Assembly (NCBI GenBank): GCA_016185545.1
Contig: JACPNJ010000003.1
Coordinates: 2,567 to 66,566 of the forward strand
DNA length: 64,000 nt
Direction: 5' to 3'
Source: Candidatus Yanofskybacteria bacterium
Lineage (GTDB): Bacteria > Patescibacteriota > Minisyncoccia > 2-02-FULL-40-12 > IGHO2-01-FULL-4-A
A program made the position numbers and the translations under genes. Positions within the stretch are counted from its first letter, which is position 1. Every line of letters starts with the position of its first letter. The notes below the pieces were generated by a model that had not been told where the DNA came from, made no database searches, and was given only the letters and a program-made list of their open reading frames with translations. This document shows positions 41,131 to 50,638 of this stretch, piece by piece.

Positions 41131-42246
41131 ATGCCCCCAAAATTACAAACCGCAGATAAAGTTCTGGTCTCTATAATAATTCCCGTCTATAACGAAGAAA
41201 GATTTGTTGCCAAAGTTATTGAACGAGTGCTGGAGGCTGATTTAGGCTTTTCTAATACACATAAAGAAATTGTAGTAGTCAACGACGGTTCATCCGATAA
41301 TACCTTTAGTGAGATATCTAAATTTGAGAATTCAATTAAGATAGTAAGTCTTGATAAAAATCAGGGCAAAGGGACAGCTCTAAGAAAAGGGTTTGCAATA
41401 GCAAATGGCGATATTCTTCTCATTCAAGATGCTGATTTTGAATATGATCCAAAAGATTATCATGAACTTTTAAAACCGATTATTGAAAATAAGGCCGACG
41501 TTGTTTACGGCTCGCGTTTTATCGGCGGTCAATCTCACAGAGTTTTATTTTTTTGGCACTACCTGGCAAATTTATTCCTTACTTTATTAAGCAACATGTT
41601 CTCCAATCTTAATCTTACTGATATGGAGACAGGATACAAAGCATTTCGAAAAGAAGCAATTAATTCCATATCTCTAAAAGAAACCCGATTTGGATTTGAA
41701 CCGGAAGTGACTATTAAACTTGCCCAGCAAGGTTGGAAATTTTATGAGATTGGAATTTCTTACAATGGAAGAAGTTATGCCGAGGGAAAGAAAATATCTT
41801 GGATAGATGCGGCCAGAGCTCTGTTTGTAATTTTTAAATATGGCCTCAACAAGCAAGCTGTTGCTATCATACTGATTGCTATACTTTTAATCTCTGGGTC
41901 ATTGGGTGTATCAAAAGATATAATTAGATTTTTCAAACAAATCCCACCTGCTTTATCTCAAGAATTACCAGGACAAAAATTTACTCCACTCATTAGTTAT
42001 GTTGCTAATAAAAAAGAGGTTGGATTTTTAGACAATAACGAACAGCAAGAGTATTTAAAAGATTTTTATCAGGCTCAAAATATATTAGCCCCCGTAATTA
42101 TTAAAGAAGGTTCCGAGTCAGAATTTATTATTGTTTCAAATTACAGACCATCGTCTATAAACGAACTCAAAACAAAATTAAACGCAGAAGTAATCGCCGA
42201 ATTTCATCAAGGGTCCATTTACTTACTGCAAAAAAATGGCTACTAG
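41131..42246 (+). CDS. family-2 glycosyltransferase (dolichol-phosphate mannosyltransferase-like) with C-terminal extension
   Basis: IIIPVYNEE...VVVNDGSSD...IQDADFEYDP GT2 motifs. Confidence 0.8.
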   Translation: MPPKLQTADKVLVSIIIPVYNEERFVAKVIERVLEADLGFSNTHKEIVVVNDGSSDNTFSEISKFENSIKIVSLDKNQGKGTALRKGFAIANGDILLIQDADFEYDPKDYHELLKPIIENKADVVYGSRFIGGQSHRVLFFWHYLANLFLTLLSNMFSNLNLTDMETGYKAFRKEAINSISLKETRFGFEPEVTIKLAQQGWKFYEIGISYNGRSYAEGKKISWIDAARALFVIFKYGLNKQAVAIILIAILLISGSLGVSKDIIRFFKQIPPALSQELPGQKFTPLISYVANKKEVGFLDNNEQQEYLKDFYQAQNILAPVIIKEGSESEFIIVSNYRPSSINELKTKLNAEVIAEFHQGSIYLLQKNGY

Positions 42247-43534
42247 CATTTATTTTTTATCTGTTGCACTGGTTGGGTATTTATCTTCCAGATTGACGGA
42301 AAAGTATAAATCTCACTTTGCACATATCATTCCGTTGGGACTTGGTATCACGGGATTATTTTATTTTTGGGATATTTTAATCTGGAATAAATTTAATCTC
42401 GCCGGTTTTATAATTTTTGTATTATTTTTTGCGCTATTGACAGTTTTGTTCTTGAGGATTAAAAAGATCAGAATTATTACTCCTATAGAATTCAATCTTC
42501 TAGATTTAATTATTCTCGGGCTACTTTTGTTAGTAGCTTTACAGCAAATTTATGGATATTGGGATGCATGGGCAATTTGGAACACTAAGGCTAAATTTTT
42601 GACGTCCGAAAACTGGCAACAACTATTTTCTCCACAGATTAAATGGATGCACCCCGATTATCCACTACTACTCCCTTCAATTGTAGCGGCTGGCTGGTCG
42701 GTCTCTAACACTTTTAACCCGGTTGTTCCATTCGTAGTCGCTTTACTTTTTTCTTGGTCTATCTACCTACTCGTAAAAGATTGGATTTCTCACTTATTTA
42801 ATAACAGCGTTTACGGAGTTTTAGGTGGTTTGTTAATGATATCTTTACCAGCGTTTCTTCGTTGGAGTGGCAGTCAATATGCCGATATACCATTAGCAAA
42901 TTTTATTTTATTGGGTGTCACTCTTTTATATTTCAGTACAAAAAATTTATCAGTTTTTATAAGTGGCTCTGCTTTTGGTATGGCTATATTTACAAAAAAT
43001 GAGGGATTACTTTATTTTGTTTTGATTTTAGCGAGTTTTATATATACATTTTGGAGAATAAATAAAAAAATACCGTTTAAATCAGTAATGCTATTGCTTG
43101 GCGGTGCACTTCCTGGGATTCTATCTTCTCTGGTCGTGAAAAATTATGCGACAAGAAACGAATTTATAACCAACTTTCCCAATATAATTTCTTCAATATC
43201 TTTCCATAGAATTTTCTTAATTCTCGAAGGATTCTTACGTGAATTTTTAGCTTGGAAAGAATGGATTGTATTTTGGATTATAGCAATTATTTTTCTTGTT
43301 TTTCTGCATAAACGAGAAAAAGAACATTATTTTTGGAACACGTTTTTTACCGTATTGATTGTTTTGTGTTTTGTTTCTTTTTTCTTTATTTATCTTGTTA
43401 CACCGCAAGATGTTGTCTGGCATATTCAAACTTCATTCAACAGGCTACTGATCCAAATTTTTCCGTTGGTAATAGTATCTATTTTTATCAGATTAAGACA
43501 TCTTAAGATCAAGCAGGCTTTTCCCGAAATCTAA
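42236..43534 (+). CDS. GT-C fold membrane glycosyltransferase (ArnT / PMT-like, about 11 transmembrane helices); 3' end lies inside IR-A'
   Basis: Polytopic; overlaps the GT2 gene by 11 nt. Confidence 0.6.
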   Translation: MATSIYFLSVALVGYLSSRLTEKYKSHFAHIIPLGLGITGLFYFWDILIWNKFNLAGFIIFVLFFALLTVLFLRIKKIRIITPIEFNLLDLIILGLLLLVALQQIYGYWDAWAIWNTKAKFLTSENWQQLFSPQIKWMHPDYPLLLPSIVAAGWSVSNTFNPVVPFVVALLFSWSIYLLVKDWISHLFNNSVYGVLGGLLMISLPAFLRWSGSQYADIPLANFILLGVTLLYFSTKNLSVFISGSAFGMAIFTKNEGLLYFVLILASFIYTFWRINKKIPFKSVMLLLGGALPGILSSLVVKNYATRNEFITNFPNIISSISFHRIFLILEGFLREFLAWKEWIVFWIIAIIFLVFLHKREKEHYFWNTFFTVLIVLCFVSFFFIYLVTPQDVVWHIQTSFNRLLIQIFPLVIVSIFIRLRHLKIKQAFPEI

Positions 43535-43703
43535 CTCCGTCCAATCAAAAAATATCCTTTACCGACGAGGACGGCTCGGCAGGAAGGGGTTGGGGGGAGG
43601 AATGCCGAGCCGTCTGAGTGATTTTTAGAGACAGTGCGGCACGTCTATGGCGTGCCGCTTTCCTCTTTCAGAGTTTTTCGGTAAAATAAGTTAGAGCAAA
43701 GTT
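43523..43703 (+). repeat. IR-A' (inverted copy of IR-A)
   Basis: See IR-A. Confidence 0.8.
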
Positions 43704-43711
43704 TAGAATCG

Positions 43712-43852
43712 TCGACAAAAAGATACTTTCGGATTCGGAGACAGAAAAATCAGGTCGCGCCAAAGGCGCGAATGGAATGGTGGGGGCGCATCCCGCGAGG
43801 CGGGACGCAAGAAAACCAGATGGTGGAATGAATGAAAAAGAAAGGGAGCGGT
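43712..43852 (+). repeat. IR-B (141 bp), perfect inverted partner at 45216-45357
   Basis: RC of 45216-45357 is identical by eye (aaaaagatactttcggattcggagacagaaaaatcaggtcgcgccaaaggcgcgaatggaatggtgggggcgcatcccgcgagg...). The two reading frames across the two copies give the same peptide (DRSLSFSFIPPSGFLASRLAGCAPTIPFAPLARPDFSVSESESIFL). Confidence 0.85.
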
Positions 43853-43892
43853 CTACGCTAGAAAATCTACTGAAGATGAGGAACGGCAAGTT

Positions 43893-45446
43893 ATGAGTAT
43901 TGAAGCGCAACTTGCTGAACTCAAGGAATACGCCAAGCGAGAAAATATTTTGATTTCCGAAACTTTTATTGAATCAAAAAGCGCAAAGAAACCAGGACGA
44001 GAAGTTTTTAATGAAATGATGGCTAAGGTGGAATCATCTAGAGAACCTGTTGGCCTTCTCGCCTGGCACCCTGATCGTCTTGCCAGAAACTCTATTGATG
44101 GCGGTCAAATAATCTACTCCATAGATCAAAGTAAAATTGTTTCTTTGCGCTTCCCTACTTTTTGGTTCGAACCAACTCCTCAAGGATTATTTATGCTTCA
44201 AGTGGCGTTTGGACAATCTAAATATTATTCGGATAATCTTTCCGAAAATGTTAAGCGCGGTATCCGCCAAAAACTTCGTCGCGGAGAATGGCTTACTAAA
44301 GCACCTTTTGGATATTTGAATAACCCCAAGACAAGGACAATAGAACCGCACCCCACGCTTTCAAAAATCCTCGTCAAAGCATTTGAAGCATACGCAACGG
44401 GAAAATATACCTTAGAAAGTTTGGGAAGGTTTTTGGCGGAATATGGTATTGAATCAAAGAACCGAACGCCACTTTCTAAAGCTAATATCAAAAGAATTCT
44501 CACTAACCAAGCATATCTCGGTCTTATCGCCCATAAAGGAGAATATTTTGAGGGCAAATTCCAACCAATTCTCAACCGCGCAACATTTGAAGCCGTGCAA
44601 GAAGTATTACAACAAAGAGCCAAGCCAAGAAAGACAAAGCAAGGTCATAATTTCCCGTTTACAGGCTTAATGACTTGCGGAGAATGTAATTCTCAAATAA
44701 CCGCTCAATGGACTAAAGGAAAATCAGGAGGAATATATCGCTATTATCGTTGTACTAAAAAACGAGGTGCTTGTTCACAAAAATATATCCAAGAAAAAGA
44801 CCTCGTCATACAAATTAAGACACGGCTTCAATCTGTTGCGCTTCCCGATACTCATACAGATTGGATGCTCAAGAAAGTTGATGAGTGGGACAAAGATAAA
44901 ACTAACAAAACAGCATCGTCCGTCCAAAATATCAAATTCAAAATTGTTGAAACGCAAGAGAAACTAGATAAACTTGTTTCCGCCTACATGGACGGCGATA
45001 TTCCAAAAGAAAGTTATCTCACCAAGAAAGAAGATTTACTCAAAATCAAAGTTTCTCTTGTCGAACAGAAAACGAAACCGAACCAGAAAAATCCGCTCGA
45101 ACCCTTGCGCCAATGGGTTTTAGACACGAAAAAAGCCAGTTTCCTAGCTTCTTCCGAAAACTATCACGAAATGAAGCAGATTATCCAAAAGATCGGAACG
45201 AACCCCAAACTTTCAGACCGCTCCCTTTCTTTTTCATTCATTCCACCATCTGGTTTTCTTGCGTCCCGCCTCGCGGGATGCGCCCCCACCATTCCATTCG
45301 CGCCTTTGGCGCGACCTGATTTTTCTGTCTCCGAATCCGAAAGTATCTTTTTGTGTCTCATCGTCCCGAACGATGCATGTTGCCGATACACTACAGCCCG
45401 TTTTCGCTCGCAAAAACGAGTTACTCAACATAATATTTCTTTTTAA
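43893..45446 (+). CDS. large serine recombinase (resolvase/invertase catalytic domain, recombinase domain, zinc ribbon); its C-terminal about 75 aa are encoded by IR-B'
   Basis: LAWHPDRLARNSIDGGQIIYSI (Ser-recombinase active-site region), CGECNS...YRYYRC zinc ribbon. Confidence 0.85.
   Translation: MSIEAQLAELKEYAKRENILISETFIESKSAKKPGREVFNEMMAKVESSREPVGLLAWHPDRLARNSIDGGQIIYSIDQSKIVSLRFPTFWFEPTPQGLFMLQVAFGQSKYYSDNLSENVKRGIRQKLRRGEWLTKAPFGYLNNPKTRTIEPHPTLSKILVKAFEAYATGKYTLESLGRFLAEYGIESKNRTPLSKANIKRILTNQAYLGLIAHKGEYFEGKFQPILNRATFEAVQEVLQQRAKPRKTKQGHNFPFTGLMTCGECNSQITAQWTKGKSGGIYRYYRCTKKRGACSQKYIQEKDLVIQIKTRLQSVALPDTHTDWMLKKVDEWDKDKTNKTASSVQNIKFKIVETQEKLDKLVSAYMDGDIPKESYLTKKEDLLKIKVSLVEQKTKPNQKNPLEPLRQWVLDTKKASFLASSENYHEMKQIIQKIGTNPKLSDRSLSFSFIPPSGFLASRLAGCAPTIPFAPLARPDFSVSESESIFLCLIVPNDACCRYTTARFRSQKRVTQHNISF
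45216..45357 (+). repeat. IR-B'
   Basis: See IR-B. Confidence 0.85.
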
Positions 45447-46899
45447 TCTCACCTACCTTTTTTTGTTCTTCTTCGGAAATTTTAATTTTTCCCATCTTCC
45501 CAAGTTCAATTAATTCCGACTCGTTAAGCGCGTTTAATTCCTTAGCGCGGTTTTCAAGATATTCACGCGTATTCTTGCTTGGGTCATCCAGCACTTCATT
45601 CATTAGGGCATGTATTATCATGCCGACGCGCGGGCTTTGTTTTAAGCCGGCGATCCGCATTACGTCTTCGCCTTTTAACGCCAGCATTTTGGGTGAAACC
45701 GGATCGCGGGCAACCTTGTCTATCATAAACTGCATATGGCGCAGTTTATACGGCTTGGCTTTGGGCACGCCGGAACCGATTCTGTCGGCCTCGCGTACTT
45801 TAATTAAATCCTCCACATTTTCTTTGCCAATATTGGCCACCAGTCGCCTAACCGACGACTCGGTAACCTCGCCGACATTATAGTAAAAAAGGTGATAGCG
45901 CACCAGCTTGATTATTTTTTCCGCTTGTTTCTGCGGAAAACGCATACGATCCATAATTTGAGCCGTCATCCGCGCTCCAATTATCTCATGGGCGTAAAAG
46001 GTGGAATCCGGCCCCTCGCCTCTTTTGCTTCTCGGCTTACCAACATCGTGGAGCAGTGACGCCAAGCGCACTTCCAGCGAATAATTTTTATCGCAAGCAT
46101 AACGAAGTGCGCGTAGATTGTGCTCCCAAACAGTATAAATGTGATGCTTGTTTTGGGTAACACCAAATCCTTCCAACATTTCGGGTAATACGTATTTAAT
46201 CAGCTCTGTTTCTCGCAAAAGCTCCATGCCTTTATCGGCATCGGCTGAATTTATAATTTTAACCAGTTCATCGCGTATCCGCTCTTTGGATATCGCCGCT
46301 ATTAAGCCATGATTTTTTTTAATGGCCCTAAACGTTTCAGTGTCAATGTTAAACCTAAGAGTAGCGGCAAATCTCACCGCTCTTATCATCCGTAAAGCGT
46401 CTTCGTTGAAACGCTCTTCGGGTTTTCCGACTGCTCGGATAAGTTTATTTTTTATATATTCCTGCCCGTCAAAAATATCGGTAATCTCACCACTCCCACT
46501 CATCGCCAGCGCGTTGATAGTAAAATCACGCCTTTTCAAATCCTCCTCCAACTTATCGGCGAACTTTATTCGGTCGGGATGTCTTTTGTCAGTATATTTG
46601 GACTCAATGCGATAGGTGGTAATCTCAACAACTTGCAAGGTTTGATCCTCGCTTCCGGTTTTGATGCCAACGGTTCCGAATTTATTTTCGTAAAAACTAT
46701 CCGGGAAAAGTTTTTGGATTTCTTCTGGCTTGGCATTAGTGGTTACGTCCCAATCGTTTGGCTTTTCACCCATGAGCAAATGCCTTACGCTCCCGCCGAC
46801 AATATAGGCCTCGTAACCTTCCGATGATAGCTTTGTTAAAATATCACTGACCTCTCTCGGTAATTTTGAATTTTGAATTTTGAATTTTGAATTTTGCAC
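45421..46899 (-). CDS. cca: CCA-adding enzyme / tRNA nucleotidyltransferase with HD domain; N-terminus encoded by GAATTTT heptamer repeats (the ORF track's ATG 46917 would overlap tRNA-Arg; a GTG at 46899 is more plausible)
   Basis: EAYIVGGSVRHLLMGEKPNDWDVTT and HD motif LLHDVGKP. Confidence 0.8.
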   Translation of the reverse strand: MQNSKFKIQNSKLPREVSDILTKLSSEGYEAYIVGGSVRHLLMGEKPNDWDVTTNAKPEEIQKLFPDSFYENKFGTVGIKTGSEDQTLQVVEITTYRIESKYTDKRHPDRIKFADKLEEDLKRRDFTINALAMSGSGEITDIFDGQEYIKNKLIRAVGKPEERFNEDALRMIRAVRFAATLRFNIDTETFRAIKKNHGLIAAISKERIRDELVKIINSADADKGMELLRETELIKYVLPEMLEGFGVTQNKHHIYTVWEHNLRALRYACDKNYSLEVRLASLLHDVGKPRSKRGEGPDSTFYAHEIIGARMTAQIMDRMRFPQKQAEKIIKLVRYHLFYYNVGEVTESSVRRLVANIGKENVEDLIKVREADRIGSGVPKAKPYKLRHMQFMIDKVARDPVSPKMLALKGEDVMRIAGLKQSPRVGMIIHALMNEVLDDPSKNTREYLENRAKELNALNESELIELGKMGKIKISEEEQKKVGEIKKKYYVE

Positions 46900-46908
46900 T
46901 TTTGGTTG

Positions 46909-46981
46909 TGCCCCCACCAGGACTTGAACCTGGATCGCCTCGTTAGGAGTGAGGTACTCTATCCAGTTGAGCTATGAGGGC
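46909..46981 (-). tRNA. tRNA-Arg (anticodon CCT)
   Basis: RC gccctcatagctcaactggatagagtacctcactCCTaacgaggcgatccaggttcaagtcctggtgggggca; one A-C mismatch in the anticodon stem. Confidence 0.7.
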
Positions 46982-47037
46982 GTTTAATTATCCTTGTAAT
47001 CTTAACATTTTTATGGTATTTTTACAATTGAAATAGC

Positions 47038-47111
47038 GGGCCCGTAGCTCAGCTGGTTAGAGCGCTTCGATGGCATCGAAGAGGTCGCCCGTTCGAATCG
47101 GGTCGGGTCCA
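47038..47111 (+). tRNA. tRNA-Ala (anticodon GGC)
   Basis: gggcccgtagctcagctggttagagcgcttcgatGGCatcgaagaggtcgcccgttcgaatcgggtcgggtcca; G3:U70. Confidence 0.85.
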
Positions 47112-47160
47112 CAATCCAAAATTTTGCAAAATTTAGAATTTACGACATGGGCATAAATTT
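47110..47160 (+). repeat. 51-bp direct repeat copy 1 (cacaatccaaaattttgcaaaatttagaatttacgacatgggcataaattt), starting at the tRNA-Ala 3' end
   Basis: Identical copy at 48798-48848. Confidence 0.85.
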
Positions 47161-47247
47161 TGAGTTGACAAAGTAGTATTGCTAAAGTTTGCAGGGAGTA
47201 AACTATAAGCAAACAAGGTCTAAAAAATTAAAATTAACTATAAAATT

Positions 47248-47625
47248 ATGCTAAAAACTATAATAAAGTCGGCGATGTTTTCTGCGATAACTCTTGGTTT
47301 GATGTTGGTCGCAAATCAAGTCGCTTTCGCCGCGGCTAAATGTACCGTCAATGGTCGTGAAGTTGATTGTGCGGAGTTAGGCAATAAAGTTAAAGGTTTT
47401 TTGGGCTGGGGAATCGGTAGCTTTTTTGTCATCTTCGCTCTTGGAATTTGGGCGATAGTGTTTTGGATAATGATGATTGTTCACGCCGCCCAACATGATG
47501 TCGAAAATAAAGCGATGTGGATAATTTTAATGGTGTTTACCGGCGTTATCGGTGCATTAATTTACTACTTCGTGGTAAAACGAAAATTCGGTAAGCGGTT
47601 TTCGCCGTCAACCCCGATGAGATAA
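47248..47625 (+). CDS. hypothetical membrane protein (125 aa)
   Basis: ORF track; 3 transmembrane helices. Confidence 0.5.
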   Translation: MLKTIIKSAMFSAITLGLMLVANQVAFAAAKCTVNGREVDCAELGNKVKGFLGWGIGSFFVIFALGIWAIVFWIMMIVHAAQHDVENKAMWIILMVFTGVIGALIYYFVVKRKFGKRFSPSTPMR

Positions 47626-47626
47626 T

Positions 47627-48796
47627 ATGCCTGATAAATTTACAGATGTAACTACAACTGGATACGGTGGACGGATAGTCAACTCGATAAAAGGAGTAGT
47701 AATCGGCCTTATTCTCTTTGTCGTTTCGTTCGGCTTACTTTATTGGAACGAAGGACGAGTTGATTTATCCAATATAGCAAAAACTGCTACCGAAATAAGT
47801 TCGGCGACAGTTAGTACCGATTCAACACTTAGTGGAAAACTTATTTCGACAACCGGAAATGCAAACTCCGATCAAATTATCGGAGATAATTTATTTTTGA
47901 ATCCGGATAAATTTATCGCAGCAAAGCGCGAAGTGGAAATGTATTCGTGGATAGAAAAATCGGAATCCCACAACAAAACAAATACTGGCGGTTCGGAAAC
48001 AACCGAAACGACTTATACTTACTCAAAAGATTGGACAGAAAATCCAAAATCTTCAAGTAATTTCAAACACCCAGAAGGACACGAAAACCCGCAGAAAAGT
48101 TTGGATAGCTACACCAACAAGGTTACCACCGCGATAATCGGGGTTTACAACTTTGACCCCAAAAGTGTGGCACTTCCAAACTTTTCTCAACTTCCGCTCA
48201 ATTCTCAAAATGTAACTTTGAATGACGGCGCGACTTTGGCAAACGACAGTTATATTTTTATCAAAAAAAGTGAGAACGGAACATTTGACAGTCCTCAAAT
48301 TGGCGACTTGCGCATAAGCTATCATGTCTTGCGTCTCGGATTTGACGGAACAATTTTTGGTAAATTGAGCGGAAGTAAAATTGAGCCTTACTTTGACCAA
48401 GACGGAAATAATCTTTACAGATTGTTTATAGGCACACGTGACCAAGCGATTTCCACACTTCACACAGAATACACGACTCTCCTTTGGATTTTACGGCTTG
48501 TTGGATTTTTGCTGATGTGGTTTGGGCTCTCCGCCTTATTTGGTCCAATTAGTGTTTTATTGGACATCTTGCCAATTTTTGGAACAATAAGTCGTTCGGT
48601 AATTGGCATGATAACTTTTTTAGTTGCGCTCGTGCTCACAATTGTAACAATTCTTGTTTCAATGATTGCGCATAATCTTATTGCGCTTATTATCACTTTA
48701 GTCATAACTGTCGGAACTATTATTACTTTCTTTGTGATGATGAAAAACAAGAAAAAAGCGAGTGGCGGGGTGGAGCGTTCAAATTTCATCCAATAA
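47627..48796 (+). CDS. hypothetical membrane protein (389 aa; N-terminal transmembrane helix, C-terminal polytopic)
   Basis: ORF track; 1-bp gap to the upstream gene. Confidence 0.5.
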   Translation: MPDKFTDVTTTGYGGRIVNSIKGVVIGLILFVVSFGLLYWNEGRVDLSNIAKTATEISSATVSTDSTLSGKLISTTGNANSDQIIGDNLFLNPDKFIAAKREVEMYSWIEKSESHNKTNTGGSETTETTYTYSKDWTENPKSSSNFKHPEGHENPQKSLDSYTNKVTTAIIGVYNFDPKSVALPNFSQLPLNSQNVTLNDGATLANDSYIFIKKSENGTFDSPQIGDLRISYHVLRLGFDGTIFGKLSGSKIEPYFDQDGNNLYRLFIGTRDQAISTLHTEYTTLLWILRLVGFLLMWFGLSALFGPISVLLDILPIFGTISRSVIGMITFLVALVLTIVTILVSMIAHNLIALIITLVITVGTIITFFVMMKNKKKASGGVERSNFIQ

Positions 48797-48797
48797 A

Positions 48798-48848
48798 TAC
48801 CACAATCCAAAATTTTGCAAAATTTAGAATTTACGACATGGGCATAAA
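48798..48848 (+). repeat. 51-bp direct repeat copy 2
   Basis: See copy 1. Confidence 0.85.
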
Positions 48849-49280
48849 TTTGTGGTTTTGTCGGAAAGTTTTGATTACTGACATCGTTGACACATCAATG
48901 TTCAGCGCGGAACAAAAAAGAATACAAAAACTGCGGCTTGGCTGGTTTGAGCATACCCAAGAAAAAACATACAATATTGCCAAAACTTGCCGTTATTATG
49001 GAATTTCAAGACAAACCTATTACAAATGGCTGTGGAGATACAATTCGCTTGGAAAAAAAGGTTTAGTTAACCAATCTAAAAGACCTCTTAATACCCCCCC
49101 CCCACAAATCCAAAAATACGAAAAATCACAAAGAGTTTGCGCTTGTGCCACCACTGGGGTGGCACTAGAATAAAACGCTGGCTTAAAACGCGCCATGATA
49201 TTAATATTAGTTCATCAACTATATATAAAATCCTCAAAAAATATGGGATTAACCGATTATCATTATTAAAGAAAAATTGA
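48838..49280 (+). pseudogene. IS481/IS3-like transposase N-terminal (HTH) remnant, frameshifted at a C9 homopolymer (about 49095-49104), DDE domain missing
   Basis: TYNIAKTCRYYGISRQTYYKWLWRY HTH; after the poly-C tract another frame continues RWLKTRHDINISSSTIYKILKKYGINRL. Confidence 0.6.
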
Positions 49281-49313
49281 AAAATATGGGAATTTTGTGT
49301 TAAACTTGCCTTT

Positions 49314-49844
49314 ATGCAGAAACATTTTGAGAAACGGCTAAGATTAAATAACCAGATACGAGAACCGCAGGTTTTTGTTATTGACACTGATGGTAAACAG
49401 CTAGGCGTTATATCCACGAACGAAGCTCTACGCCTTGCCAATGAGCGCGGACTTGATTTGGTAGAGGTCGGACCTTTGGCTAAGCCTCCTATTGCTAAAA
49501 TCATAGATTATGGTAAATATATGTACCAGAAAGAAAAACGCGAAAGGGGCGGCAAAACTAGCAAAACTCCCGGTCAAGAGGTCAAAACCGTAAGGGTCGG
49601 CTTCACCACCGGCAATCATGATTTGTTGGTCAGAGCCAAACAAGCGGATAAATTCCTTAAACTTGGCAACCGAGTAAGGGTTGAAATGCCTCTTCGCGGA
49701 CGGGAAAAAAGTATGTCTAACATAGGCAGAGAAAAAATGGAATCATTCCTCAAACTAATAACCGCTCCTTTTACGCAGGAAGAACCAATTAAAAGAGCAC
49801 CTTTTGGACTAGGATTATTAATCAGCCCTGAAAAACACAAATAA
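49314..49844 (+). CDS. infC: translation initiation factor IF-3
   Basis: NQIREPQVFVIDTDGKQLGVISTNEALRLANERGLDLVEV; typical infC-rpmI-rplT order. Confidence 0.9.
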   Translation: MQKHFEKRLRLNNQIREPQVFVIDTDGKQLGVISTNEALRLANERGLDLVEVGPLAKPPIAKIIDYGKYMYQKEKRERGGKTSKTPGQEVKTVRVGFTTGNHDLLVRAKQADKFLKLGNRVRVEMPLRGREKSMSNIGREKMESFLKLITAPFTQEEPIKRAPFGLGLLISPEKHK

Positions 49845-49852
49845 ATGCCCTA

Positions 49853-50062
49853 ATGAATATGAATAAGCTAAAACTGAAAACTTCCAAATCGGCTTTGAAA
49901 CGTTTTAAAATTTCGTCTGGCGGCAAATTCCAGCGCAGACGTTCAAGAATAAATCACTTTAATGCCAGACAGGACGGAGCCGCTCGCAGAAACAGCAGGG
50001 GTCAAGAAATTCTTGCCAAACAGAATGAGAAAGATATAAATAATTTGATGCCATATGTTTAG
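49853..50062 (+). CDS. rpmI: 50S ribosomal protein L35
   Basis: KTSKSALKRFKISSGGKFQRRRS. Confidence 0.85.
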   Translation: MNMNKLKLKTSKSALKRFKISSGGKFQRRRSRINHFNARQDGAARRNSRGQEILAKQNEKDINNLMPYV

Positions 50063-50135
50063 CCACTAGTAACTAGTAACTAGCCACTGGTAAAATTCTA
50101 GTTGCTAGACGCTAGTCGCTAGGCACTAGTTTGCC
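50063..50135. repeat. CTAG-rich palindromic repeat block between rpmI and rplT (ccactagtaactagtaactagccactgg...ctagttgctagacgctagtcgctaggcactagt)
   Basis: Seen directly; member of a dispersed family. Confidence 0.7.
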
Positions 50136-50487
50136 GCGAGTTAAACGAGGAACAACCGCAAATAAACGGCGCAAGAACTTGCTGAAACACGCTAAGGGTT
50201 TTAAGTGGGGCAGAAAAACTAAATACCGCGCCGCCAAAGAAGCATTGCTCCACGCCTGGACATTCCAGTTTAACGACCGCCGTAAGAAAAAAGGTTATGC
50301 TCGCCGCCTCTGGCAAATACAAATTGGGGCGGCAACGAAACTAAACGGACTCCCCTACAACAAGTTTATAAATGGCCTCAAAAAATCTCATATAGAACTG
50401 GACCGCAAAATTCTCTCCGACCTCGCCCGGCATGAACCAGAAATTTTTAAAAAAATAGTTGAAATTTCCCAGTCAGCAACAAGATAA
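50131..50487 (+). CDS. rplT: 50S ribosomal protein L20
   Basis: MPRVKRGTTANKRRKNLLKHAKGF. Confidence 0.92.
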   Translation: MPRVKRGTTANKRRKNLLKHAKGFKWGRKTKYRAAKEALLHAWTFQFNDRRKKKGYARRLWQIQIGAATKLNGLPYNKFINGLKKSHIELDRKILSDLARHEPEIFKKIVEISQSATR

Positions 50488-50638
50488 ACCAAAACTGCAG
50501 TCTACAAGTCTCTAGAATGGAACACCATAGAACAGACCGTTCTAAAAGGAAATACACATTCCAGACTTTTAATTTTAGTATAGTAGGTTATTAAAAACGA
50601 TGAAGCCCACGATAACCGTTGTGGGTCCATCGTGGGCG

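Noticed and set aside
46900-46917. ATG 46917 as the cca start
   Set aside because: Would overlap tRNA-Arg (46909-46981) on the same strand; an internal GTG about 46899 avoids the overlap, so the start was moved (low certainty).
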